This document shows positions 19,839 through 29,288 of a stretch of DNA of 51,593 bases, piece by piece; positions within the stretch are counted from its first letter, which is position 1, and each line of letters begins with the position of its first letter. The stretch comes from Armatimonadota bacterium (lineage in GTDB: Bacteria; Armatimonadota; Zipacnadia; Zipacnadales; UBA5352): positions 1 through 51,593 of the forward strand of contig JAYENL010000004.1 in NCBI GenBank assembly GCA_034722055.1, written 5' to 3'. The position numbers were made by a program, and so were the translations under genes. The notes under the pieces were generated by a model. That model saw only the letters and a list, made by a program, of their open reading frames with translations, was not told the origin of the DNA and did not search any database.

Positions 19839-20015
19839 ATGCCAACCTATGAGTATCGAATCCTTCACATGCCCACTACCAGCATCTCAGTGCTCAACGA
19901 GCGGGTGAACTCCGACGCCGAGGACGGCTGGGAGCCGTTCATGATGTGCGGCAATGACTTCCTGAACGTCATGCTCCGGCGGGAGATCACCGACGAGTCC
20001 GAGCGCGAGCGCTGA
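19839..20015 (+). CDS. Small hypothetical protein (DUF4177-like)
   Basis: YEYRI...N..AEDGWE...R pattern; GGAGGG RBS. Confidence 0.6.
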   Translation: MPTYEYRILHMPTTSISVLNERVNSDAEDGWEPFMMCGNDFLNVMLRREITDESERER

Positions 20016-20137
20016 GGACTCAGCGGCCGGTCGATCCCTGCAGCCGGAGCGGCATCTCATCAGGACGGGGCGCGGCGGTGCTGGCACGGCCTCGGCGGGG
20101 GCACCCGCCCTGCCGGGCACTCATTGGAGGGACGAGC

Positions 20138-21151
20138 ATGGATGAGCTCCTCATCGGACTGATCGGCGGCGGGAACATGGGCAAGAGCCTCGCCCGCGGC
20201 GTCGCCGCCTGCGACGACGGCCGCATCGTGGCGGTCTGCGACCCCGCCGAGGGCGTGGCAGAGGCCACCGCCGCCGAGATCGCCGAGGACCAGCCCGTTG
20301 ACGCCTACACTGAGCTTAGCGAGATGCTCCAGCGCGACGACATCGCCAGCGTCATCGTGGCGGTGCCGAACTACCTGCACGCCGAGCTGACCCGTCGCGC
20401 CGCCGAGGCCGGCAAGCACGTCTTCTGCGAGAAGCCCATGGCCCTGGCGGTCGCCGACGCCCGGGCCATGATCGAGGCCTGCGATACCGCCGGCGTCAAG
20501 CTGATGATCGGCCAGGTGCTGCGCTACCTTCCTCCCTACGTATGGATCATCGACCTGGTCCGGACCGGAGACCTCGGGGAGCCGTTCGGGATGCAGGTCA
20601 CGCGCATCGGCGGCGGCTGGGGCGGGACCTACTACGCCGAGTGGCGCACCAAGAAGGAGCTCTGCGGCGGGCCGCTGTTCGAGGTCTCCGCCCACGAGAT
20701 CGACTTCATGCGCCAGATACTCGGCGAGGCCGAGACCGTCTACGCCTCCCTGGACAACTACGTGACCCCGGAGGTGGACTACGAGGACTTCGTCCACGTG
20801 GTCATCAACTTCCAGGAGGGCGGCCGCGCCGCCCTCCTGGCCGGCCACTCGGCCAAGATGGGCACCTACGACGGCAAGCTCTTCTGCACCGGCGGCACCC
20901 TGTTCTTCGACAACAAGTCCGGCCAGGTGACCTACGTGGTCGCCGGCGGCGAGCCCACCACCGTCCCCTACTCCGAGACCGGCGCTGACTACGAGCCGGG
21001 CGTCCAGCGCGAGATCCGGGAGTTCGTGGAGGCCGTGCTCCACGACGAGCCGGTGCCCATCCCGGGCATCGAGGGCCTGCGCAACATCGAGATCGCCCAG
21101 GCCGCCCAGATCTCCGCCGCCTCCAACCGCGTCGTCGAGCTGCCGTTGTAG
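20138..21151 (+). CDS. Gfo/Idh/MocA family NAD(P)-dependent oxidoreductase
   Basis: GLIGGGNMG, VPNYLH, GKHVFCEKP, GGPL....HEID. Confidence 0.93.
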   Translation: MDELLIGLIGGGNMGKSLARGVAACDDGRIVAVCDPAEGVAEATAAEIAEDQPVDAYTELSEMLQRDDIASVIVAVPNYLHAELTRRAAEAGKHVFCEKPMALAVADARAMIEACDTAGVKLMIGQVLRYLPPYVWIIDLVRTGDLGEPFGMQVTRIGGGWGGTYYAEWRTKKELCGGPLFEVSAHEIDFMRQILGEAETVYASLDNYVTPEVDYEDFVHVVINFQEGGRAALLAGHSAKMGTYDGKLFCTGGTLFFDNKSGQVTYVVAGGEPTTVPYSETGADYEPGVQREIREFVEAVLHDEPVPIPGIEGLRNIEIAQAAQISAASNRVVELPL

Positions 21152-21205
21152 GAAGAGCCATCAGCAAACGGCCGGGCGGGGCGCAGTCGCGCCCCTCCAA
21201 ACGGC

Positions 21206-21461
21206 CTTACCTTTACCCACATCGTGGCGAGCGGCGATGCGCGCCCGGCCTTGACACTCCGTTTCATAGAGGCCGTCTGAGGCTCCAGCACCGTTCGCTG
21301 CAGCCGAAGCCGGCCCGGCCGTTGGCCGTCCAGGCCGCCGATTGCGTCACTTCGCCTGCAGCCGGCCGACTTCGCGCGCTCCTGAGGAGCGCCCTCAGGC
21401 GGCCCCTCCACGGCCAACAGCCCTCCGCATGAGACCGAAGGTCTCCGTGGGTAGAGGTAAG
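21206..21461. mobile_element. 256-bp MITE with 15-bp TIRs and a 9-bp target-site duplication (IS4 family, IS50-like ends)
   Basis: CTTACCTTTACCCAC (21206-21220) / GTGGGTAGAGGTAAG (21447-21461), 14/15 inverted match; CCAAACGGC duplicated at 21197-21205 and 21462-21470; no transposase. Confidence 0.88.
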
Positions 21462-21552
21462 CCAAACGGCACGGCAGACGTCGTCGGAGGGGCCACCACT
21501 GTCGAAGTTGCCTTGGGGCCCGCTCAAGGGCGGGGCGGGCGGGAATGGGCTC

Positions 21553-22596
21553 TCAGGGCATGGGGATACCGGCCCGTGCCGCCGCGTCCAGGAGTTGGCG
21601 CCACGTCTCCTCGTCCACCGGGATGCCCTCGCGCCGGCGGCGCTCCGCCTGGCGGCGCTCGATCTCGCCGGGCGCCACGATCTCCTCCGCGCCCGGCGCC
21701 AGCCGGGAGCTCTTCACCCACGCCAGCAGAGCGTCGGCCTCTGCCGCGAACTGCTCCCTGCCGGCGAAGGCCCCCGGGTCCAGAGCGATGATCAGGAAGG
21801 CGTTGCCGCCGCGCTCGGCGTCCGGCCCGCTGCACCCGGCGCCGCTGAGCGCACCCGCCAGCAGATCGACCATCAGGGAGAGCCCGAAGCCCTTGTAGCC
21901 CACGTTGCCGCCCATCGGCAGGATGCCGCCCCGCGGCTTCGCGTAGAGCACTCCGGGATCGTTGGTGGGGTTCCCCTCGCTATCCACCAGCCAGCCGTCG
22001 GGCACGGGGACCCCCCTGATGTGGTAGGTGCGCACCTTGCCCTCGGCCACGGCGCTGGTGCTGATGTCGAGGACAATTGGGTCGCCGCCGGTGGGGAGGG
22101 CGTAGGCCAGGGGGTTGGTGCAGAGGCGGACATCGGCGCCACCCCAGGGAACGGTGTTGTGCGCCCCGCCGTGGCCGTTGACGAACATCAGACCCACCAT
22201 GCCCTGTGCCGCAACCAGCTGCACGTAGTCCGCCAGCCGTCCCACGTGGGCGGAGCGTCGGACGGCGACGGCCGCCAGGGAGCCCGCCTCGGCCTTCGCA
22301 ATGGCCACCTCCGCCGCGTGCGTGGCTGCCACCTGCCCGAACGCCCAGTGAGCGTCCAGCACCGCCGCGACGGGGCTCTCGCGCACCACCTCCACCGCTG
22401 CGCCGGGCACCACCGTCCCCGCCTCCATGGCCGCCAGATACTGCGGCAGCCGCAGCACGCCGTGGGAGTCATGGCCTGCCAGGTTGGCGGCCACCAGCGA
22501 GCGCGCCACGATGCGGGCCTCGTCTGCAGGCGCCCCCGCGGCGGCCAGGGTGCCCTCGGCAATGCGCCGAAGCTCGTCAGGTCGAACTACCGGCAT
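21553..22596 (-). CDS. Ldh_2 (type 2 malate/L-lactate dehydrogenase) family oxidoreductase
   Basis: GHDSHG, H.GRL..Y, TNPLA, LDISTS, GYKGFGL, PGE motifs; AGGAGGAG RBS. Confidence 0.92.
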   Translation of the reverse strand: MPVVRPDELRRIAEGTLAAAGAPADEARIVARSLVAANLAGHDSHGVLRLPQYLAAMEAGTVVPGAAVEVVRESPVAAVLDAHWAFGQVAATHAAEVAIAKAEAGSLAAVAVRRSAHVGRLADYVQLVAAQGMVGLMFVNGHGGAHNTVPWGGADVRLCTNPLAYALPTGGDPIVLDISTSAVAEGKVRTYHIRGVPVPDGWLVDSEGNPTNDPGVLYAKPRGGILPMGGNVGYKGFGLSLMVDLLAGALSGAGCSGPDAERGGNAFLIIALDPGAFAGREQFAAEADALLAWVKSSRLAPGAEEIVAPGEIERRQAERRRREGIPVDEETWRQLLDAAARAGIPMP

Positions 22597-22684
22597 GGTC
22601 TCTCCTCCTGCGTGCGGGCTCTCAGCGCGAAGAATGACGAGCGCCAGCGGGTCCGGGTGGCGTCCGCTCACGCGCCGTGGGGTA

Positions 22685-22790
22685 CGAATCCAGAGTCTCG
22701 GTGGAACGCGCGGGCGAGGGCGCCCGCGCCCCAGTACTTATACCTGGGTCTTGCGCGCTTATACCTGGGTCTTGCGCGTGCGCGCCCGCA
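22685..22790. repeat. REP-like doublet containing an exact 21-bp tandem duplication
   Basis: CTTATACCTGGGTCTTGCGCG at 22737-22757 and 22758-22778; homologous to 9550-9632. Confidence 0.8.
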
Positions 22791-22833
22791 ACCGACAATC
22801 TGAGACCGCACCCGCGCCGAGGGTGCGGCGACC

Positions 22834-23904
22834 TCACGCGTGACTGCGCTGGGTGCTCAGGGCCTCAAGCTCATCGAGCACCGCCGGCACTGTCGCCTGC
22901 CACTTCGGCGGCACCTCTTCGCTGATCATCAGGCAGTACCGCGTCGGCCCCGCCTCGGCGCAGACTCGCCTCACCTGCCGGCGCAGCTCCTCTTCTCCGC
23001 GCTCGTACCACCCCAGGTTCGGGTGCAGCCACAGGAAGGTGTCCGGCCACGCGGTCCGCGCCTCGGCCACGGTCATGTCTCCCTCCGGCGCCTCCGTGAA
23101 GGAGTCGATCCCGTCGATATCCAGCTCAGCGATGTCCTCGGCGATCGCTCGCAACTGCCCGTCGTAGTGCACCAGCAGCCGCTTGCCGGCGGCGTCGAGG
23201 ATATCGATGATCTGCCTGTACAGCGGGACCAGGTGCGTGCGGAAGTGCCTCGGCCCGAGGGTCTCGATGGACAGGTTCTCCCACAGCTTGATCTGCCGTG
23301 CCGAGGTCTTCGCGGCCTCGCGGATCTCGTCCAACGTGATGGCGGTCATCACCTCGAGCAGCTCCATCAGGGCCGGCTCCTGCGACGCCAGGTCCAGGGA
23401 GAATCGCTGCAGCCCGGCCCAGTCGATCTGGACCACCATCGGCGGCGTTCGCCCGCTGCCCAGCCCCTGGACCTGGCCAACCGTGATCCCTCCATCGCCC
23501 ACGGCCGCCTCCGACCTGTGAAACGCTGCGTCATCGGGGAATACGCGCACATCCTCCAGCGCACGCAGCATCACCCGGTAGTCGTCCGGCCGCTTGATGA
23601 AGTGCTCCTGTCGCCACTCGCCCAGATACCACTCGTGCAGCTCACCGACATCCGTCACCAGCCGGACATCGCGTCGGACCCTTCCGTCCTGCTCTGTGGT
23701 CGTCTCGACACGCTCAAAGCCTGGGTGCTCGTGGCGGATCACGTTCGCGTGGTTGATCCTCCCCAATCCCAGCGCAAACAGGCGCTCCCAGTCAATCGGC
23801 CGGTTCTCAACGAACCAGTCGTAGACCGCGTACACCGGCCACCGGACCGGCGCCCCGGCCAAAGCCGCATCAAGCCGCTCCCGCACAGTCTCCGCCCGCG
23901 TCAC
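22834..23904 (-). CDS. Hypothetical protein, distant UroD/methyltransferase-like TIM barrel
   Basis: HFIK..DDY, ENL, VHYDG, DSFT..P.GD motifs typical of UroD-like proteins. Confidence 0.65.
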   Translation of the reverse strand: MTRAETVRERLDAALAGAPVRWPVYAVYDWFVENRPIDWERLFALGLGRINHANVIRHEHPGFERVETTTEQDGRVRRDVRLVTDVGELHEWYLGEWRQEHFIKRPDDYRVMLRALEDVRVFPDDAAFHRSEAAVGDGGITVGQVQGLGSGRTPPMVVQIDWAGLQRFSLDLASQEPALMELLEVMTAITLDEIREAAKTSARQIKLWENLSIETLGPRHFRTHLVPLYRQIIDILDAAGKRLLVHYDGQLRAIAEDIAELDIDGIDSFTEAPEGDMTVAEARTAWPDTFLWLHPNLGWYERGEEELRRQVRRVCAEAGPTRYCLMISEEVPPKWQATVPAVLDELEALSTQRSHA

Positions 23905-23940
23905 AGCACTGCTCCTCCGGTCCTCCCGTGGGCTCGGCCG

Positions 23941-24465
23941 TCAGCATGCGACCTCGTCGATCCATGCGGCTATCTGCTGCGGCAGCGCGTCCCGGCTGGC
24001 GCGGGTCACCTCCACGATCGTCACGTCATCCCGCGAGCGCACCTCGTCGAGGAAGGGGTCGCTGCGCTGCTGGATGGTGCCCAGAAGCGGCTTGCGGCTC
24101 TCCAGGGCCTCTCGGACGGCGGGCTCGAACTGGGGGCACTTCATCTCCATGCTGGCTATCTCATCGCACACGATCACCTGCGCATCCTCGAGAGCCCGGC
24201 GTAAGGCGGCCACAGCCACGTCGCGGATGTCCTCGACGTTGACCCCATACTTGCTCACGCGCGGCTGGCCCTGGATATCGACATGAGCGAGAATGCCCCG
24301 CTCTCCATCGAGGGTCGTTATGCCGAAGCCCACTCGCTTCCCGTCCTCCTGCAACTGCTGGGTGAAGAAGCCACCGGCCTCCACATCCGCCAGCTCGAGG
24401 GCCCGCTGGATCACGGTGCTCTTGCCGACTCCGGGCCGGCCTGTCAGCAGCACGTTCCTGCGCAT
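23941..24465 (-). CDS. NTPase_1 (THEP1/HCR-NTPase family) P-loop NTPase
   Basis: LTGRPGVGKST, GGFFT, RVGF, KYGV, DEIASME motifs; GGGAGG RBS. Confidence 0.9.
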   Translation of the reverse strand: MRRNVLLTGRPGVGKSTVIQRALELADVEAGGFFTQQLQEDGKRVGFGITTLDGERGILAHVDIQGQPRVSKYGVNVEDIRDVAVAALRRALEDAQVIVCDEIASMEMKCPQFEPAVREALESRKPLLGTIQQRSDPFLDEVRSRDDVTIVEVTRASRDALPQQIAAWIDEVAC

Positions 24466-24575
24466 CTGTCCTCCCACCTGGGGCAACGCTGTCGTGGGCA
24501 GTGTTGTGGGGGCTGTCCAGAAAGCCACCGTTCGCACAAGGCCGGTGTGTCGGTTCCTGCGCTGGCGCGGACAGC

Positions 24576-25100
24576 CTATTCCTCGGCCTTCGACCGGCCC
24601 GCCAACCAGCGCGCGGGGGGCATCTCCCGGCTGGCGACGCGGTCGGGCTCCTGGGCGAGATGCCGGCCCTCAACCTCACTGGGCGCAAGGCCGAGGGAGA
24701 CGGCTATGCCGTGGAGAATCGCCTCCGGCCGCGGCGGGCAGCCCGGGATGTAGAAGTCCACCGGCAGCACCTGATCGGCGCCACCCAGGACGTTGTAGGT
24801 GTCGTGCCAGATGCCGCCCCCCGTGGCGCAGGACCCGATGGCGAACACCAGCTTGGGCGCCGGTACCGCCTCGTACAGGCGGCGCACCGCCGGGGCCGCC
24901 TGGCGCGTCATGGGGCCGCAGACCAGCAGGGCGTCCGCGTGGCGCGGGGAGGCCACGAGCTTGATGCCGAACCGCTCCGCGTCGTAGTAGGGCGTGAGCA
25001 CATCAATGACCTCAATATCGCAGCCGTTGCAGGCGCCGGTGTTGGTGTGGTACACCCAGATCGCCCGGGGCAGCATCCTCAAGCACAGATCTCTGAACAT
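24576..25100 (-). CDS. hyfI: Group 4 hydrogenase small subunit (HyfI/HycG, NuoB-like)
   Basis: GACNGCDIE, SPRHAD, GSCA.GGG, IPGCPPRP. Confidence 0.92.
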   Translation of the reverse strand: MFRDLCLRMLPRAIWVYHTNTGACNGCDIEVIDVLTPYYDAERFGIKLVASPRHADALLVCGPMTRQAAPAVRRLYEAVPAPKLVFAIGSCATGGGIWHDTYNVLGGADQVLPVDFYIPGCPPRPEAILHGIAVSLGLAPSEVEGRHLAQEPDRVASREMPPARWLAGRSKAEE

Positions 25101-25143
25101 GGCAGCTCCTCCCGCCTCAGCCGCACCCCTGTGCCCGCTCCGA

Positions 25144-26703
25144 TCATCGCCCGACAGCCATGGTGGCTTCCGCCGCGCGCTCGACGGCTGGCGATACCAC
25201 CAGCGGGTAGACTCCCAGCAGCACGCACAGCACCACCAGCACCATCATGGCCGCAAGCATCTGCAGGGCGACCTCTCGTGGATGCGGATTCCCGGCCACG
25301 GCGGCCGCCTGCGGGGCCGCCTCTTCGTCGCTCTTGCGTGGCGCAGCCATGCCGGAGGTGAAGATGCGGACGCCGACCCTGATCAGGACGATCAGGGTCA
25401 GAAGCCCAGTGAGCACGGCCACCCCCGCCGCCCACCATCGTCCCTGACCGGCAGCGGCGAGGAAGATGGTGAGCTTGGATACAAAGCCGTTGAGCGGCGG
25501 ACAGCCGCCGATGGCCAGGGCGCCCACAAAGAAGCACGCAGCGGTCACCGGCATGAAGCGACGCAGGTCCGACAGCTCCGACAGCCTGCGTTTGCCGGTC
25601 GCCTGCTCCACGGCACCGGCGACGAAGAAGAGCAGGGACTTGGCGATGGCGTGATTGATGATATGGAAGATGGCGCCGAACATGCCCAGGAAGCCCCCGA
25701 TGCCCATGCCCATCACCACGTAGCCGATCTGGCTGACGCTGGAGTAGGCGAGCAGGCGCTTGAGGTCGTCCTCGGCGGCCACCAGCATGATTCCCACGAA
25801 CATGGAGACCGCGCCGAGCACGATCAGCACCTCCTGCACCACCGGCATGGCGCCATAGAACGGCGCGGTGGTGCGCAGGAGCGCGTAGGCGCCGACCTCA
25901 ATGAGGATGCCGGACAGCAGAGCGCTTACCGGCGCGGGGGCCTCCGCGTGAGCGTCCGGCAGCCAGGGATGGAAGGGGATCAGGCCGGCCTTGGTCCCGA
26001 AGCCGATGATCAGGAATGCCATGGCGAGGAACAGCACGCTGGGAGCCTGGGCCGCAATCTGCCCGGTGTGCGCGAAGATGTGACTCATCAGCATGGGCTG
26101 CATGTAGGCGCCCAGCTCCGGCACCCCGGACGCCGCTGCATACAGCAGCACGCAGCCGAACAGCGCGAAGGTGATACCGACCGTGAGAAGCAGCAGGTAC
26201 TTGTACCCCGCCTCCAGAGCCCGGCGGTTCCAGTAGAACGCCACCAGCAGGGCGGAGGCCAGGGTCGTGGCCTCGACCGCGATGAAGAGAACGATGATGT
26301 TGTCGGTGGCAGCGGCCCAGGTCATGGTGCCGATGAAGCACAGCGTCAGCGAGTAGAACAGCGCCAGCCGCTGCTGGGCTGTCTTCCCCTGCTCGATCAA
26401 GGCGCGCATGTGCGGAATCGCGTAGGCGACAACCAGCAGACCCAGTCCGGCGACAACCAGGATCACCACGGCGCTCAGAGCATCGATGCGCAGGGCCCAG
26501 AAGCTACTCGGCGCCCACACCAGCGCGACCCCGGTGCTGCCCAGTACCGCCCACGAGATGCCGGCCGCAATGGCCAGCGTCGCGGCAGCCGCTGCCACCG
26601 CGATGGCCTCGGACAGCCGACTGCGCCGCCTGCCCACAAGCCACGTGATAGCGGCGCTGCCCACAGGCACTGCGACTATGGCCGGCACCAGGGCCTCAGA
26701 CAT
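25144..26703 (-). CDS. hyfF: Antiporter-like membrane subunit HyfF
   Basis: EATTLASALLV, LEAGYKY, GTKAGL.P.HPWLPDAHAEAP, KRLLAYSS, HAIAK. Confidence 0.85.
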   Translation of the reverse strand: MSEALVPAIVAVPVGSAAITWLVGRRRSRLSEAIAVAAAAATLAIAAGISWAVLGSTGVALVWAPSSFWALRIDALSAVVILVVAGLGLLVVAYAIPHMRALIEQGKTAQQRLALFYSLTLCFIGTMTWAAATDNIIVLFIAVEATTLASALLVAFYWNRRALEAGYKYLLLLTVGITFALFGCVLLYAAASGVPELGAYMQPMLMSHIFAHTGQIAAQAPSVLFLAMAFLIIGFGTKAGLIPFHPWLPDAHAEAPAPVSALLSGILIEVGAYALLRTTAPFYGAMPVVQEVLIVLGAVSMFVGIMLVAAEDDLKRLLAYSSVSQIGYVVMGMGIGGFLGMFGAIFHIINHAIAKSLLFFVAGAVEQATGKRRLSELSDLRRFMPVTAACFFVGALAIGGCPPLNGFVSKLTIFLAAAGQGRWWAAGVAVLTGLLTLIVLIRVGVRIFTSGMAAPRKSDEEAAPQAAAVAGNPHPREVALQMLAAMMVLVVLCVLLGVYPLVVSPAVERAAEATMAVGR

Positions 26704-26805
26704 GTCCGGTAGCCACGCCTCCGTTGCAGGTCACAACTCTCCCGGGCGCTCACGCCGTGGACTGATCGCGCCCGGTATCATCGTATTCCGTTACTGCTGT
26801 TAATA

Positions 26806-27091
26806 GTGAGTGGCAGAAGTTCGCCTGCTATGCGGCGTCACGGTGGTGCGTGTGCTCAGGTTCCATCCCGGCCCACCCGTCAAGTAGTGCAGGCGCCCTC
26901 GCCTGCACACCGTTTGGCTCTGGGCACAGCGTCTCGGGCGGGGGTGGAACCCTCGGCCCGGTCGCTGCGCTCACAGGCCTCACCGGGCGCTCCGCGCCCG
27001 GCGGCCCCTCCACCGAACAAGCCGCGCATCTTCAACACAACCGAGCGGCGAGCACCCTCCTCGTCACCATACGCGTAGTTGCGCAAGTTAC
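26806..27091. mobile_element. MITE-like structured element, copy A (family shared with 34630-35052)
   Basis: Left end TGAGTGGCAGAAGTTCGCCTGC matches copy B at 17/22; right end TACGCGTAGTTGCGCAAGTTA matches copy B; shared internal stems. Confidence 0.7.
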
Positions 27092-27135
27092 CACTGGCTG
27101 TCCGGGAGCTTCCCCGAGACTGCCGGGGATGCCCT

Positions 27136-27810
27136 TTACGTGCGCAGCTCGGTCAGCTCGGCGGCGTCCGTGGTGCCGAAGTGCGTCCGGATTCCCGCGA
27201 TCACATAGAGCATCAGCCACACGGTGATGAACACCTCGGTGGCGATGCCGATCAGCGGCATCTCGGGCATGTTCGGCGCCAGGCTGACCAGAGACAGATG
27301 CACTCCGTTCTCGAGCAGGCAGATGGCGATTACCGACTTGACGGCGTCTCGCCGCGAGATCAGGGTGTAGAGGCCCAGACAGAAGATGGTCAGGGCCACT
27401 GCGAGGTTGGTGCGGAAGGGCTCGATGGTGGTCAGGGGTGTCGCGGCCAGCAGCTCTGCATGTCGATGTGTCAGCTTGTAGAAGGCGACCATGATGACGC
27501 TGGCCACAATCACCGAGGGGCTGAACCCGATGCTGGGCGCCGCCTCCTGTTCCCCCGCCCGGCGCAGATACCCCAGCAGCAGCGTCGGTATGAGGACGGC
27601 CTTGGTGATCAGCGCCACCAGCACCCACGCCCACAGGGCAGGGTTGTAGGCGACTGCAAAGCAGACGAAGATGCCCACCAGCAGCAGGGCCTGGGCCAGG
27701 TAGGCCCACGCCGCCACTCGGAGGCTCCTCACCTCAGCAGCAATCAGTGAGGTCACCGTCATTGTCAGAGCCAGCGTTGGCACCGCCGTGCCAAGCGTCA
27801 CACCCGTCAC
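27136..27810 (-). CDS. hyfE: Hydrogenase-4 membrane subunit HyfE
   Basis: Y..QA, TKA..IP, LLENG.HL motifs; hydrophobic, 224 aa. Confidence 0.85.
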   Translation of the reverse strand: MTGVTLGTAVPTLALTMTVTSLIAAEVRSLRVAAWAYLAQALLLVGIFVCFAVAYNPALWAWVLVALITKAVLIPTLLLGYLRRAGEQEAAPSIGFSPSVIVASVIMVAFYKLTHRHAELLAATPLTTIEPFRTNLAVALTIFCLGLYTLISRRDAVKSVIAICLLENGVHLSLVSLAPNMPEMPLIGIATEVFITVWLMLYVIAGIRTHFGTTDAAELTELRT

Positions 27811-27811
27811 C

Positions 27812-28300
27812 TCAGCTCCGGTCGTCCTCGTCGCTCATCGGTCGCTTCTGGTCGATCTCGTCCTCGCGCGTGCCCGTGTGCATCAGCCTGTCGAGCGGTG
27901 TGGGCGGCTCATAGCAGCGCCCACACCGTTGGCAGGCCCCCATGTATATGCGGTACTCCACCACCAGGTCCCCGTGCACGTCGTCGGACGCCAGCTCGGA
28001 GCGATCCGTCATCTCGATGGCGCCCTCCGGGCACACCTCCTCGCAGCGGCCGCAGTAGATGCAGCGCTCGTACAGGAAGATGAGGGCTCTGGTCTGCTGA
28101 TCGATATCCACTATGCGGATCAGTCGCGAGGGACAGACGGCGGCGCACCCGCCACATCCCACGCACCTGTCCACATCAACCTGCGGCAGGCCGCGGAAGC
28201 CCTCCTCAGGCGGATGGGGCGCGAAGGGATACGGCAGGGTCACGCGGCCGGCCGCCAGGCAGATGACCGCCTCCTTGAGCTTGCTCCAGATCAACTTCAT
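27812..28300 (-). CDS. hyfH: Ferredoxin-like subunit HyfH/HycF (NuoI-like)
   Basis: T..YPF, FRG.P, CVGCGGCAAVCP, CIYCGRCEEVCP, C..CG. Confidence 0.9.
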   Translation of the reverse strand: MKLIWSKLKEAVICLAAGRVTLPYPFAPHPPEEGFRGLPQVDVDRCVGCGGCAAVCPSRLIRIVDIDQQTRALIFLYERCIYCGRCEEVCPEGAIEMTDRSELASDDVHGDLVVEYRIYMGACQRCGRCYEPPTPLDRLMHTGTREDEIDQKRPMSDEDDRS

Positions 28301-28330
28301 CCCTCCCGGGTCGTCCCGAGACGCGCCCTC

Positions 28331-29248
28331 TTATGTTCCCATTACGGCGTATGCCAGAGCCAGAGCCGCCACCATCGCCACGGCTGCGCCGTAGCGCATT
28401 GTCTGGTCCAGGCGGAGCCTGGGATTGACCACCGCCACAACCGAGACGATCGCGGCGTTGAGGACGAACACCCACGCCAGATTCAGCAGCACCCGCACTC
28501 CGGCCACGGGCACGAAACGGATGCTCCAGGGCATGAACACCTGCACAAACAGTGAGCCGTAGAGGAACTGCTTGGCGAACATGCCCCACTGACATACCGC
28601 CAGCTTCGGCCCGCTCAGCTCCGTCAGCGGCCCGCCCATCAGCTCCGTCTCCGCCTCGGTGATGTCAAACGGGAGCTTGGCCACGAAGAGCTGCAGGGCC
28701 AGCAGGTAGGCGGCGGCCGCCACCGCCATGGACAGGCCCGGCGGGACGGCTGTAAGCTCGGCGAACACCAGCGTCTGACCGCGGAGGGCGGCCACGAACA
28801 GACACAGCACCAGCACCGGCTCGCCGGCGAGCATCACCATGACCTCGCGACTGGCGCCCAGGCCGGAGAAGGGCGATCTCGCCGCCAGGCCCAGGACAGC
28901 CAGGGCGCCGCCGGCCAGCGCCAGCAGACCCACGAACACCAGTATGTCGCCCGCGCAGGAGGCCGGAGCGTAGCCGCCCAGCGGCATGATGGCGGCGGCG
29001 GCCAGAATCGCCGACAGGAAGACCAGCGGCGCCAGGCTCAGCGCCGCGTTGCCGCTCACGCGCAGGTCCTCCTTGCCCAGGAGCTTGAGCAGGTCGATGT
29101 AAGGCTGCACGACGGGCGGCCCCTTGCGGGAGTGAACCACGGCGCGCAGCTTCCTGACCACGCCCTCCAGCAGCGGCGCCACCAGCAGCACCAGCAGCAT
29201 GTTGCCGACGGCGAACGTTCCGGCCCTCAGGCATTCGGCATTGACCAC
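28331..29248 (-). CDS. hyfC: Membrane subunit HyfC/HycD (NuoH-like)
   Basis: SRKGPP..QPY.DLLKL, SPF...GASRE, KLPFD..EAE.EL..GP..E.SG. Confidence 0.92.
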   Translation of the reverse strand: MVNAECLRAGTFAVGNMLLVLLVAPLLEGVVRKLRAVVHSRKGPPVVQPYIDLLKLLGKEDLRVSGNAALSLAPLVFLSAILAAAAIMPLGGYAPASCAGDILVFVGLLALAGGALAVLGLAARSPFSGLGASREVMVMLAGEPVLVLCLFVAALRGQTLVFAELTAVPPGLSMAVAAAAYLLALQLFVAKLPFDITEAETELMGGPLTELSGPKLAVCQWGMFAKQFLYGSLFVQVFMPWSIRFVPVAGVRVLLNLAWVFVLNAAIVSVVAVVNPRLRLDQTMRYGAAVAMVAALALAYAVMGT

Positions 29249-29288
29249 GGTCCACGCTCCTCACTGCTCTGCGGTCTGCCCCATGCGC

